Source of the DNA: Glycera tridactyla
Taxonomy: Eukaryota
Length of the DNA: 64,000 bases
Reading direction: 5' to 3'
Assembly (NCBI GenBank): GCA_965644265.1
Contig: OZ286461.1
Span: forward strand, 86,738,001 to 86,802,000
The translations under genes and the position numbers were made by a program. The notes beneath the pieces are model-generated. The model had not been told where the DNA came from and did not search any database. It saw nothing but the letters and a program-made list of their open reading frames with translations. Within the stretch, counting starts at the first letter, position 1. Each line of letters begins with the position of its first letter. Of this stretch, positions 11,941 through 24,415 are shown one piece after another.

Positions 11941-12671
11941 CTTTCGGGTCAGTTTGGCTGCCGAGCCCCGCCCCTTTTCAACTTCGGCTCATCTCAGCGG
12001 TCTTCTTCCTTGCGAGCATGAGACGCAGTTTTCTCACCGCCATCCATGTGAGAAGGTGGGCGACAATAATAAACATTCGGGCAAGAGTCCACTTCATCAG
12101 ACACGTCAACGTAGGTGTCCTGCCTCTCTCTATCGATTTTTCGCGACTTGAAACGTGATAGTGAAGGTATACCAATTCAGCTCCCGACCAAGTATGGCAA
12201 GATGTTTTTCAATTTTCCCCTTTTCAATTACCACCTCTCCACTGTAAATCGACAACCTGTCTTCTTTTTGAAGACATTTCTTATTATACTCTAGATATTG
12301 TATTGCTGTCATGCTAGAAGATTATGTAAGTTATGTTTCATAGAACCTGCTGATTATATCAAACATTGACCATGATGACTACATATTAGGCAGGGGTGAC
12401 ATTCTATAAATCACGCCACTGCTCAGTTTTAAGCCAATGCCACATTCATCTTATTGTGTGATTGCCTCAGTTCATTAGCTTATATTGCATCCAATAAAAC
12501 TGATTTATTCGGCTGATGGCCGTTTCACCTAAAACTGGAATGCAGCACAGTCTGTGTATTATTAATCATGCTATTCTTGATGCTAACTTCAATGCCACAA
12601 CAAACATTGGCTGTTAAAAGTCACACAAATATCCAAGCAAGTCCGTTATGTGTGAACTCGAGATAGAATTC

Positions 12672-13073
12672 CAGTTTCATGAAAAACTTTTTCAGCCACT
12701 CTCTCATCGGGAGAGCAGAATAAATTCACTCTCCCGAATTTGTTCAAAAAGTACAAGGAGAGGAAGATATTTGTGTGAGTAAATGCCTTATCATGATGTG
12801 AATGTCAACTGAATGCATCATATGACTGACTATCTAAGTAACACCAACCATTTTTTGCTCAGGTATGTTCTTCAGAATCAAATTCGTGCAGGTATATACA
12901 AATTTATCTTGCAGGGAATAAGGTTTTTTGTTGTAGGATTCAAACCATGTTGTGCTGTCTTTACAAAAAAAAATCATAATGCTCTGATGGGAGAGTGAGT
13001 TCGGTCTTTTCACTCCCCCGAAGCCAAATTCACTCTCCCTGGGATTCGGGAGAGTGGCTAAATTCGAAGACTG
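12672..13073. mobile_element. hAT-type MITE (CAG...CTG) flanked by GAATTC on both sides
   Basis: Termini cagtttc / gaagactg; inverted subterminal agccactctc / gagagtggct; multiple actctcc / ggagagt motifs; GAATTC at 12666-12671 and 13074-13079. Confidence 0.7.
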
Positions 13074-13924
13074 GAATTCTGATATGGGAATCAAGTTGGT
13101 TCTCATATGATAAGTTATTTCATGTATCATGCCATCAAACATAAATGACAAACCAAGCATTCCCGTGAATGTAGTGAAGGGGATCAGGCGATCTTGTCAC
13201 ATCATGTGAGATTCTATGTGAGATTCTATGCTCTGAGTTGTTTAGGAGAGCCAGGAGATTTCTTCAAAGATGGAACCTGTTGAGGTTTGATAATATTTCA
13301 CCCAAATTTTGTAGTTTGTAATATTTCATAGTATTCAAAATAAGCTGATTAGTTGAGAAGCGTCAATTATTCACCTAGATTCTCTCATCAGCTAAAATAT
13401 ATAGTGATACCTCACTGCTTTCTCCCTGTTGATACTGATTTCATATTGAAATTAATATGTCAACAGGAACAAGGAGATAGAGGAGTATTATTCTGACAAT
13501 AAAATAGGTGAATGACCCACTTGATTCCAATGACTAAAACCAATGGGATCATCTCAAATTTAATGAGCCCAGATAGTCAGCTTGTCCCTCCCTGTTGAGG
13601 AACCTACCAATGAAAGTTGATTCCACCCAAACCACTGAGAGAATTATACCAAATATGATCATTCTCCATAATGCGGGCTGATTGAAACAGATCGCTTTGG
13701 TAGAATTGCCTGTACAAGACCTCCCAAAATATATCTTAAGAAGTACCATTGGGGTTTTTGAAGATTTCTCAAACTTTTGAATAATAGTTGAATCCATATC
13801 ACTTAGAAAAAGTCATCAGAAGATTAAACTTCAGGGATCCATTCACATCCTTTCATCTTCAGCATGTGGCTCCTATCTCTAGTATCTTTTGTGTTCACAG
13901 GACCTTGTTGTTGAGAAGTAGTCT

Positions 13925-15220
13925 TGTACAAGATACAAGATACAAGATACAAAAACTTTATTTAGATAGGAGACAAACAGAAATTATTAACAATCAATAT
14001 GGTAATATTACAAAAAGAAATCATTAGGCTGAGAGCCTATTCTTCCTCTGCTTCCTGTAGACTTAAAACAGTTCAAGGAGTAGTTCAATGAAATGGAATA
14101 TACCAACAGTTTCTATGTATTTGCCTTGCACTAACTATTATGATATATTGAAGTATTCAACGGTATGAATTCAAACACTTCTCAATGGGTTCTCAAACAT
14201 CTGTTATTTCCAGCTTTGTATAAATTAAATTAATGCTCGCTTAGATGCAATCTGTCCAAACTAATCTTGAATCCACTTAATGTTTCAGATTGCCGTAACT
14301 CAACTGGAAGATTGTTCCATAACCTAGCACCACACACAGAAAAGGCCTTCTCACCCTGCAAAGTTCTACATCTCTGAATTGTCAAATTTCCAGCTTCAGC
14401 AGCACGAGTATTCCTACTATGGTGAAAATCAATAGGTATTAACTTGTTAGAAAAATGGTGTGAGTGAGTATTTCCTCTAAACAGTTTAAACATTAATACC
14501 CTCGAGTGTTTCTCTCTTCTTAGCGATAGACAGTCTATTTCCAATTGCTCATGTAGTAATTCTGATGATGTTCTTGCTGGTGCTTTAGCAACTATTCTAC
14601 AACATCTATTCTGAAGTCTCTGTAATTTTAATAGTAGATCATGGGAGGAATTCATGTAGATAACATCACAATAGTCCAACAAGGGCACAACAAGTGATTT
14701 GTATAGTAACAGTGCTGTTTTTTGACTCACAAAGTTTCTAGTCCTCCCCAAAAGTCCAATTTTCTTTCTTGTTTTAGAGCACATATAATCAATATGAACA
14801 TCAAATTTCAGATATACATCTAACCAGACCCCAAGGTATTTAAAGCTAGTAACTTGTTCAATACAAGTGTTCTTCATTTTCAAGTTTAAGTCGATGGGGT
14901 TTCTATAATAGGTATTTCTTATTACCATTGATTTTGTTTTTTGGACATTTAGAGAGAGCTTATTCTTCGTGAGCCAATCCTCAACAGAATCAAGGTCCAT
15001 TTGTAATGCAGTTTGAACCTCCTTAATATCATCGCCAGTCACAAATAATACAGTATCATCAGCATATAAAGCGACATTGGAATTTCTGACCACATTTGGA
15101 AGATCGTTGATGTATATAATGGACAACAGGGGTCCAAGTATGGACCCCTGAGGAACGCCACAGGAAATATTCTGCAGGGACGATATTTCACCTTTATACC
15201 TGGTTACTTGTTGAGTAACT
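13925..15220 (-). mobile_element. 5'-truncated CR1/L2-group non-LTR retrotransposon (LINE)
   Basis: RT ORF on the minus strand, then a putative 3' UTR ending in aataaag plus a (TTGTATC)3 tandem tail at ~13925-13960. Assigning that tail to this copy is an inference; no clear TSD. Confidence 0.85.
14230..15220 (-). CDS. Reverse transcriptase, C-terminal part of LINE ORF2 (partial, 5'-truncated)
   Basis: Open frame with GVPQGSILGPLL, IYINDLP, LYADDT, KYLGV, YKSLVVPLLDYCD, AFSVCGARLWNNLP and stop at 14230. The first ~30 aa of the track ORF (15221-15312) lie outside RT homology. Confidence 0.93.
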
Positions 15221-15374
15221 TCCAGTATATCATGGCACATGAAGCTGATGAACAATGTTATATTCCCCTGAACTCTCTTCCATAATAACCCGGTAAGTAT
15301 ACATGTGGCCAACTATTATGTGTCTGAAGGGACCAAATTTGAGCACATTGTAGGTGCCTGCTTGTCCAAGATTC

Positions 15375-16392
15375 AGTGGTACAGTGGAAGCACCTGATGA
15401 GCAATCATCTGTAATGAGCAAATAGTTCACCTGCGACCAGCCGAGAGCAAGGTTCTTCTCCATCAATGATTTTCGAGACGAGTGGGTCAAAGTGACTTTC
15501 TGGGGAGGATGCTAGGATATGATACAGATAAACCTCTCTGTTTCGAAATGATGTTCCCAAATTAACTCTCATGAGGACTCCTTCATTGATACGAAGATAA
15601 TTCCCTAGCCCACATCATTCCCAGATTTCTGTGTCCACTCTTAACCAGAATCTGTTTTGGAAGACATCTCCATAAGGGATCCCCATCAAGATGAAGGTCT
15701 ATATCAAATGTCAGATCAGCATGAAATAGCCCATGTATTAGAAAGCCATTTTCAAACATAGAACTTCGTGAAATGCTTGTAATTGTGTTTCAATAACACC
15801 TAAGGATGTGTTCTCAGATGCAGGTTTCTGGTAGGGAATAGAATGGCTTTGAAGGACCATTCCGCCATTATTTGGGTAGGTGATTTTGAACAGATGGAAC
15901 AGTGGAATCACCTGATGAGCAATCATCTATAATGAGCAAACAGTTTACCTGCAACCAGCAAGAGCAAGGTTCTCATCCATCAAACATTTTTGAGACGAGA
16001 GGGTCAAAGCGACTTTCTGGGGAGGATGCTAGGATATGATACAGATAAACCTCTCTGTTTCGAAATGATGTTCCCAAATTAACTTATGAGGACTCCCTCA
16101 AGATAATTCTCTTGCCCTCAGCTATCCTAGATTTCTGTGTTTACTCTTAAGCAAAATCTGTTCGGAAAGACACCTTCATGAGGGATCCACTTGAAGATTG
16201 AGGTCTCTATCAAATGTCAGATCAGCATGATACTGCTCATGTATTAGAAAGCCATTTTCAAACACACAACATTATGAATTGTTTGTGTTTCTATAACTGC
16301 TAAGGATGTGTTTTCAAATGCAGCTTTATGGTCGGGAATAAAATGGCTTTGGAGGACCATTCCGCCATTATTTGGGTAGGTGACCTTGAATC
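15375..16392. repeat. Tandem duplication, two ~500-520-bp units
   Basis: cagtggaa.cacctgatgagcaatcatct.taatgagcaaa at ~15375 and ~15893. Identical core ttctggggaggatgctaggatatgatacagataaacctctctgtttcgaaatgatgttcccaaattaact. Both units end ggaccattccgccattatttgggtaggtga. Confidence 0.92.
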
Positions 16393-17376
16393 ATTTATTC
16401 ATGCTGTCATACATATGGACTTATTGCATTGCTTTTGCAAATCAAAATTCAGATACAAATATATGACCACATATGCCTTGGTTGAAGGTGTCCAAGGATG
16501 TAACATGCCTGGAGCAGAATAACTTCTCCTCGGTGTGTGTTGGTATAAGCTAATGAACTAACACAATGTCAAGCCTGATAAATTTTTAATCAGCTTAGCA
16601 GTGAGAAAGACGTGGAGATGGGCAACATGCTTGACACTGACGGGTCGTCTCCGCAGTCTTTATCACCTCGGCCGCTGGTGGACATCACCACTGTAACCCT
16701 ACACTTGTGTCTCCGCCCACTATGGCATGGCAGAAGACAAAGATTCTACTGCTATCGCTACACTACTCCTGGATAAAAACTAATTCACCTATCATGCAAA
16801 TACAGTTGGTCCTCCTCTAAAGACCACCTCTCTATAAAGACCACCTCCCAATAAAGACCGCCGTCAGCTGCGACCGTGGTAGTAATTTCAACAGTAAATT
16901 GCCGAGAGTGCAGGGGTGCAGTCTAGGAAATGCTCCGCCATTTGAGTACAGGTCCATGGTGGTTTAGGAGCCAAATATAAACAATCATTTGTGACAGTCA
17001 AAGGCAAGACTATTTTCTTGTGGTAGTGAGAAGATCCTTGGTATAATTGCCTCCCCCAAGTCCCTGAATTTTATGCAATTTTGTCAAATGCTCAACCTCT
17101 TTGATGAATGTCCAGCCGAAAATTGAATACTGCCATGCCATTTTCAAGAACATTTCCGGCCCAATGAAAGATGACCGCATGTCAATGTGAAGCAGCAAAT
17201 AATTCAAGTGTCTGTGTTGACAAAAGTGTGATCTGATGATTCCACAGGTTCTATTCACTCTCTTGAAACTGTTTAATTATTCTGAATTGGGGCTGCATGA
17301 CTATAGTCTGTTATCTCCAATCATGGCAGGTACAAATTTTTGCCCTAGCATCGCGAGTTAGCATCAGATTGAAATG

Positions 17377-17425
17377 AGACTGACTGACTGACTGACTGAC
17401 CGACCGACCGACCGACTGACCGACT
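17377..17425. repeat. (GACT)n/(GACC)n compound microsatellite
   Basis: Read directly. Confidence 0.9.
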
Positions 17426-17899
17426 GTACATCTCCGGCAACTAAAAATGTAATCTTGGCTTGGTTACCTCGTACATTTCATCCTAGAGCTCTAAATATGT
17501 TGATTTCACTGGGAGCGTGGCAGCCGTATTCCCACTGTTTCACATACAAATACTCGATGATAATACTGGTGGATTCGTCATGAAAATGCAATGAAATGAT
17601 GGCATATCCTCTTCAAAAAGCATGCAGACTATCTGGAACCAGTTTCAATGATAGCCATCCATTGGTGCCATTATAACTCAAACTGGTGAGAAATGGCAAA
17701 TCTAGCATGTGAAACATTCCCGTCACATTTGAATTTGACAGAGTTTATCAGTATTTTTGATCAGCTGGATGATTATCTTAGCCCTGTGGATGTCACCAAG
17801 AGATATCCTGTCAAAACGGACAACAATGATCTTACATGCACTTCATTTTTTAAGTTACAGAACTTTCCCACCTAATGGGTTTGTGAACAGAGAGGATAA

Positions 17900-18039
17900 N
17901 NNNNNNNNNNNNNNNNNNNNNNNNNNNNNNNNNNNNNNNNNNNNNNNNNNNNNNNNNNNNNNNNNNNNNNNNNNNNNNNNNNNNNNNNNNNNNNNNNNNN
18001 NNNNNNNNNNNNNNNNNNNNNNNNNNNNNNNNNNNNNNN
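17900..18039. other. Assembly gap (140 N); other gaps at 31580-31731, 42315-42463, 46532-46663, 48627-48763
   Basis: N runs; most abut microsatellite or TE ends. ORFs spanning them are artefacts. Confidence 0.99.
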
Positions 18040-18139
18040 ATTGTTGTTTGGTAACTGCATTCAGGAACCATTCTGATGTTTGGTACAGTTGCACTGGCAG
18101 TGAGTGATCAAGGAAACAGCAGTCTCTCAATAGAGTTTT

Positions 18140-18350
18140 GTCTTTTGTTGAAGGATCATTGGTCTATGTCAAATGGATAACCTCTCCTGAAAAATTATCC
18201 CATTGTTGGATGCTCCCTCCATAGTTGGATTCATATTTCCGAATAATGATATCCAGCTTGTAAATCACAGAATCACTCTTTCAAGGGAATTGATATAATT
18301 TTCTTCTGCCAGTATTTCAAGTTGCATTTGAATTTTGGCGAATCATTTTA
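18140..18350 (-). pseudogene. Degenerate LINE ORF2 C-terminal remnant
   Basis: Minus strand reads ...YINSLERVIL*FTSWI..., resembling IxxLERVQRRFTRxI. Confidence 0.35.
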
Positions 18351-19183
18351 ACTCTCAGAAGGACACAATTGGAATTGAGGGAATGATTTAATTAATTTTT
18401 ATCACAATGATGAATGATGTTCATCAGATCATGGTAGATCATTATGCTGGAAGTGCTCAGTGTTTTGTGATGGGCAGGAGAGGCAATTTGCAGTGGTTTT
18501 AGTGATAATTCTTGCAAATACTGGTCCATTAGAACTACACGCTATCAACAGCATGGTATCATATGTTACATAACAGTTGTTAGAAGGTGTGCCGCTTCAA
18601 TACTGCGCCACAACGTGGAATGTGTTGCCTTGGAGAAAATCTTGCTAAGTGCTGTTTTGTTGGGAGTAAATCAATACATTGTAAAAATGTAATGATTTAA
18701 TGCATTGCCAGTGTTTGCTCTCACACATGCTGCGCCAAGGCTGCACTGATATTTGTTGGAGAAAATAAAGCCTGGCCCATTGATCAATGCTGCCTTTACA
18801 ATTGTAATTGGCATAATATTTATGTGAAGGCGGTGATATCAATGCGCGGATGCCTTCCATGCTAATGGCGGATCTCGGAGTGAACCCCATCAGCTGTGAT
18901 GACAATTATATCGAGAAGTCACCATATCTCGTTCACATACATCATCACGCACATTTGAATGATAGTTTACCATAGGCTTTTTGTGTGTGAATAATGCTGT
19001 AATTGAGCGTGTCTGGGCAAACAAAAGTGGAATAATTTTCGTGCCTATTCTATCTTGAATCTTGGATATCCATGGATATCAGCTTTTGTGGTGATTTTCA
19101 TCAAAATAGAAATTACATTTTTGGGTATTTGTGCAATTGACCTCGGCTTCAGCCACAAACAACCTCATTATGTGTGAGGAATA

Positions 19184-19365
19184 CAGCCAAACCTGTCTAT
19201 AGATATAGACCACCTTCGGTAGCATCAAAAATTGGTCTTTACAGGCAGGTGGTTTCTATAGAGAGGTCATACAGTGTTGAGAATACCATCACAGTTGAAG
19301 CTCAGGGTTATCTTTATAGGCAGGTGGTCTTCATAGAGAGGTGGTCTTTAAAGCAGGTTCGACTG
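19184..19365 (+). mobile_element. Tc1/mariner-type MITE, subfamily B (182 bp)
   Basis: ta|cagccaaacctg ... caggttcgactg|ta; internal (A/G)GGTGGTCTTTAT repeats. Relatives at ~100-232, 16801-16900, 31943-32118, 62446-62600. Confidence 0.85.
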
Positions 19366-19455
19366 TATGTTCTTATATCCTGAGCATGATAGTAACTGCT
19401 TTTCTTTGTACAAATTTCGGTGATTAAACAATGTGTCTTTTGGATGATTCCAACC

Positions 19456-20875
19456 GACCATCTTGAGTGTATAGTGATGAGGATAAGCTTGCTGGAGAAG
19501 GTCTCGATGGCAAGAAAGCCTTCACGAGAGAGACGAAGGATGGGACCAAATGGCAGTGAGTGAACGAAGCCATATTCATCCACCATCAGAAGCCTCAAAT
19601 CAGCAGGGACTAGGGATACTATCCAGCTACCTCAGTTATACCAACAAATCCACTAAACTTGGCCACAAGCCACAAAACAAACACTTAGTAGGTGACTTGT
19701 CTGTCCAAATCCAAATCTCTTGTGCCACATTTCATATTGTTTTTGCCACTCTTTATCCAATCATATTTAATTGTACAACCGTTCATTTATATTTATATTT
19801 ATATGTTGCTATTGCCTCTCTTCAACTGTCCATATTAATATTTCAATGGTGCAAGTATAGCATACAATGTATGTAGCATATCTATTTTGCCCATCAGTAC
19901 ATCATGGCATGCTCGTAAAATGGTTCTGAAATTTTATTGAATTGTATTGAAATGTGTTACATCTCATACAAAAGTCAGTTCACCAATCACCATCATACTG
20001 CTCTGAATTCTAGAACTGGTCTTGCAATAGCAATAAGGGTTTAATTGATCTAGCACCTATACCAACTCTGGAGATATGTATTTTCTCCTTAGCAAGTGTT
20101 AATATCAAGATCATATATTATGGTATCTCTGTCATGGTAGATAAAATTCCTGCATCATTTATGTAACCGTGAAAGAAAATAAACAATTCTTAACTTATCT
20201 GATCTTGTTCACCCAATTGTGTTCTAAAATACAATGCAAGCATGGAGAAAGATGGTCTTTTTATGAGTAGCCCAGAAGGAAGTGACCTTAAAAAGAATTA
20301 TAATCAGGCATTCGCACAGGTTTGCTGTATCATCCATCCAAAGCGAAATAGACTGGCTAAACCAAGCCACTGGAAGGGAGATGTGTATTTACTTTTCATG
20401 CTATGATCATCATTTTTGTAATGCGATGTGCTGTTGATTGCTATAGTGTCTCTGTTTATCCTGAATAGCAATGAACTTCTGTGATCACTCTAAGATGAAA
20501 AACATCGAGGTGAATGATTTCAGCAGGATAAAAATAATTTTAGCTATTCTGAAAACACTTCATTAACATCGGTGAGCATATCATTGTATCCATTCACCAA
20601 AATTATTGGCCCTTTATGCTGAATAAATTTCTATTGCATTTATCATGAAAGCAGATAAAATCAGGAAAATTTTCATCTATGATGAACAACCACCACCTTC
20701 TATATGCCTCCACAGAGCCTCAAAGAGATGACCATCTTGGGTGTATAGTGATCAGGATGAGCTTGCTGGAAAAGGTCTTGATGACGAGATTGCCTTCACG
20801 TGAGTGAACGAAGCCATATTCATCCTCTATCAGAAGCCTCAGATCAGCAAGGACTGGGGATACTATCCAGCTACC
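19456..20875. repeat. Pair of dispersed direct repeats: 19456-19631 (176 bp) and 20730-20875 (146 bp)
   Basis: They align end to end (gaccatcttg ... tactatccagctacc) except for a 30-bp indel. Confidence 0.9.
19960..20140 (-). pseudogene. Degenerate LINE RT C-terminal remnant
   Basis: Minus strand reads IARPVLEFRAV, resembling YxSLVRPILEYxxxVW. Confidence 0.35.
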
Positions 20876-20958
20876 ATATATACTCGCATATAAGCCCATT
20901 TTTTGACCCCAAAAAACGGGGGAAAAGAAGGGAGGGGGCTTATATGCGAGTATAAATT
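20874..20958. mobile_element. End fragment of a pogo/Tigger-like MITE (CCGTATATACTCG..TAAGCC type)
   Basis: ta|ccatatatactcgcatataagccc with an internal inverted copy gggcttatatgcgagtata (20937-20955). Confidence 0.6.
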
Positions 20959-21599
20959 TCGGCAGAGCCAAATATCGATGTAAACGATGATCCGTGAGCT
21001 GGTAAGGACTTCGATAGCGGCCGCCGCCATCTTGGATTTCTGAAGAACCAACAAAAACACATGCAAATGTCATCAAATTTAACAAGGTTCCTCAACAAAT
21101 AAAAGTTCATCGATTCGAAACATTTGTCAGCAATATTGTTTTTTCTTTGGCATCGACGTGGATATGTTTGCAGTAAAGGGTTAAGTTTCAATTGGGAATT
21201 GCAACAAATTTAGGTGTGCTTTCTACTCAGTCATGCAGTGGTTGTATTCATAATTGCAGATTTTGCTGTTGAATAACGCCTGAAATGGACTGTGTAAATA
21301 GAGACTAAAAATAGGGAATTCACCTGTGTTAATATTTCAACGAGCAAATCAGTGTTGGAAGATCAGCAAGGACTGGATCAATGAACATTTGTAAGAGAAG
21401 ACCAGTTGAAATCGATGAAGCTACCTATTATTAATGAACGACTTCAGCCTGCTAATTCGACCTTCAAGCATGCGCCAGTGACCTTCTTGCAGAGTGCAGG
21501 TGCCACGTCTGGAATAAAGATGACCTTTGATTGTATGGCATCTTTCTTGCCTACCTTCCTGACGTGAGCAGCGTCTTCCATGACGAGCTGTGCTTAGTT

Positions 21600-22100
21600 G
21601 TGTCTGTAATTTAGATGGCTGTCAGATTAGAGATATGGTAGCCAAAAATTGAATAACCTGCATAGGTAGGGAAGTTAGCTGTGGGATTTCAGATGTAGTA
21701 GCTGTCACTTGATAATCCTGCATTCTATAGGGTGGATGGCTGTGGGAATCGTCACATTTTAGCCACCAATTGAACATTCATAGGGTTGATAACTTTGGGA
21801 TTTTAGATGTGGTAACTACCAATTGAACATCCTGCATTTTATAGGGTGGATAGCTGTGGGATTTGTAACATTTTAGCCCCCGATTTTGAACAGCCAATTT
21901 CCATAGGGCTGATAACTTTGAAATTTTAGATGCGGTAACTACCAATTGAACATCCTGCATTCTATTAGATGGATAAGTGGGATGTGGTAGGAGATAGCCA
22001 CCAATTATACACCTGAATTGTGTAGCTGTAGAATTTGAAATTTGGTGTCCATCAACTGAACAGTTGACTTTCTATAGGGTGTATAGCTGGGGGATTTCAA
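21600..22100. repeat. Degenerate ~55-60-bp minisatellite with alternating unit types
   Basis: atagggtggat.gctgtggga (~21728, ~21841) alternates with ataggg.tgataactttg (~21780, ~21903); accaattgaaca and cctgcatt recur. Confidence 0.75.
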
Positions 22101-22699
22101 AAGTGTATTTTAGTGAATTTTTGCCCAGGAAGCTGAAAAATCAGCACCTCACCCAAAAAATTGTCATAAATGACATGGAGATTTGTGACCCTCAGACCAT
22201 GGCCTGTGCAACAGGACAGAACCCCAAAAATGACCAGACTGAAAAAAAATTGCCAAAATTTGATTCAAGTGGGAGAGGGTTAAGCTGTCTGTACTCCATG
22301 GGGTGGATAACCATGGGATTTGAGGCATAGTGGCCATCAGTTAAACTGCCCGCATCCTATAGAAAACATAGCAGCAGGTTTTGAGGTATGATAGTCCCTT
22401 CTTCCAGAACATGAGTTGCGGGATGTTTGAATTTGAATACAGTGGAGTCTGATGGGAGTGCAAATCATTTGAGAGACCACATGTTTTGATATAGACTGCC
22501 TTTATGTTCGGTGTAGGGCAGTCAATTGTCAGAGGTTTCATGGTTCTATGAGTGGAAACCCTTCTCTCAAAGTGAAGAAACGAAAACCTTCCAGGGTAAG
22601 GTGAAAAGAATGAAATTATGTAAAAATTTAAGCTCACAGTACTCGTAGTGTGTTTTGAAGGTGAGGAGTTTTCAGAATAATCATCCGGCATCTTTTCTC

Positions 22700-23500
22700 A
22701 ACTGGAAGTTACTGGTTTGCTGCGCTGTCACATGACCCAGTAGTTGAAGGCAGATCGCCCGGTAGATCAGTGGGAGGGTGTGCCAGCCCCTGTCTCTATC
22801 CAGCATAGGGTCTGTTCTGGTGATGTGGATGGACTCCGCTTCACCCCTGCGGAACCACCCAGTCTTTATCAGTCCATGTCTTCTCAAAACCTCTAATACA
22901 GACAATCTCATGGACTGCTCACCAAATACGCCACTTGTATTGTGAAATGGCTGCGGAAAATGGAAAATATGACGTAGTATATTGGTCAATGTTTATCACA
23001 TAATGCTGTGATGTGAGAGAGATTTTTGGACCCTCTCTACTTACCAAAAATGAGGAAAAGGGAAAGCTGGAAGTTGCTGGGAGCCAACTGAACTGGGGAC
23101 ATGTAAATGTGGAGTGCTGGCCCGTTGGCAGGGGTCATATTGTGACCAGCACCCACTACATGACCGAAGCTATAATAGTATAAATACGTTGACATTTAAT
23201 TAAGAGTTGGATATAAAGGCCTTATCGGTGGCCATCATAAAGCTGGGCAAACAAGCTGGCATTTAATAGTGCTGGCTGTGGTGGAGATTTCCTTCACCAT
23301 AAAGCCGTCCTTGCATCTCCAGCATTCTCAATCCATACCCTGATGATATGCCAGGATGAGGTCTTTCTTGGCTGATTTACAGCATCCATATGACATTTGA
23401 CCCGGGGCCTCCCATCCAATCAGTAGCAATGACACAACCTTCCCATAACCTTTGCATCTTCATACATATTTGCAACCCTTTTCTGAAATCCATTGGCTTC
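22700..23500 (-). mobile_element. Penelope-like retroelement remnant (GIY-YIG endonuclease C-terminus)
   Basis: ORF 22681-22989 contains WFRRGEAESIHITRTDPMLDRDRGWHTLPLIY, matching the PLE consensus W..R..KEAI.I....P.LNRD.G...LP.IY. Upstream STTASTIKCQLV resembles the linker KP..TI...LV. Confidence 0.68.
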
Positions 23501-24415
23501 ATACATGAACAGTGACTTTGTATTTTGTTGCTTTAACATAGGCACCACATCCACACCATTAATATCGCATCATCTTATATTTTGAGCTCGTGAAATCCAG
23601 CAAATCTACACCAATTTACATTGCATTTTTATCTCATGGACAAACATTCTTGCATCTATCACATGGATTAAGAGGAAGTGTCAAAAAATAGTTCTCACTC
23701 AGCGGTGAAGCATCACACGCAGTTCTCAACACCTGATACCTAACTGAAAATGTCACATCCATGTAATAGTATACCAGTATATTGAAAATCAATAGTTGAA
23801 CTCTACACGTCATGTTGAAACAGTGTGATAGGCAGACCCAAATTGGAATCCATTTAGAGGCAGCTATGGATGTAATCTCATGATTCATTCACTTTTCACC
23901 ATCCTATCATTATGCCAGATGGCAGCCTGATGGAGTCCAAGCTAAGAATTCGTAGTCAATTCTATCTATTTGAGCCAGTAAACTACCTTAAAAGCTGATT
24001 AGGTAGATTGAGTATGAGCAGTTTGACTGAGGGACAAAGTAAAACAGGGTCTGTTGGTCTCAAAAAAAAATAAAAACAGGCGAAGAAGTGGTTGTCTGTT
24101 GTCTGAGTCCTGTATGACTTTTTCAAATGATGAAACTGCCATGAGAGAGGGGTTTTGTGTGAGAGTTGGTCTCTCACTACAGGTCTCTCTTTGTGGATTT
24201 CAGTGTATAGTGGTTTACATTCTGGGTGTCTTGAAGTGTCAAGCTGACTTTATTGGGTTATATGGAGGTAAATGATTATTGAGACACTCTCTATAAATTG
24301 TGGAATCTGCAACAGGAAACCACGTTGGAGCGTAGACCACTTTCTAGAGGCAGCTTTTCTGTTTTTGCATGGGCAAATATTTCTTTGATGAGAGACCGCC
24401 TTTATGAAAGATAGC

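Noticed and set aside
17757-18130. ORFs spanning N runs (also 31442-31846, 42183-42578, 46455-46916, 48368-48859)
   Set aside because: Open only because of X codons in assembly gaps.
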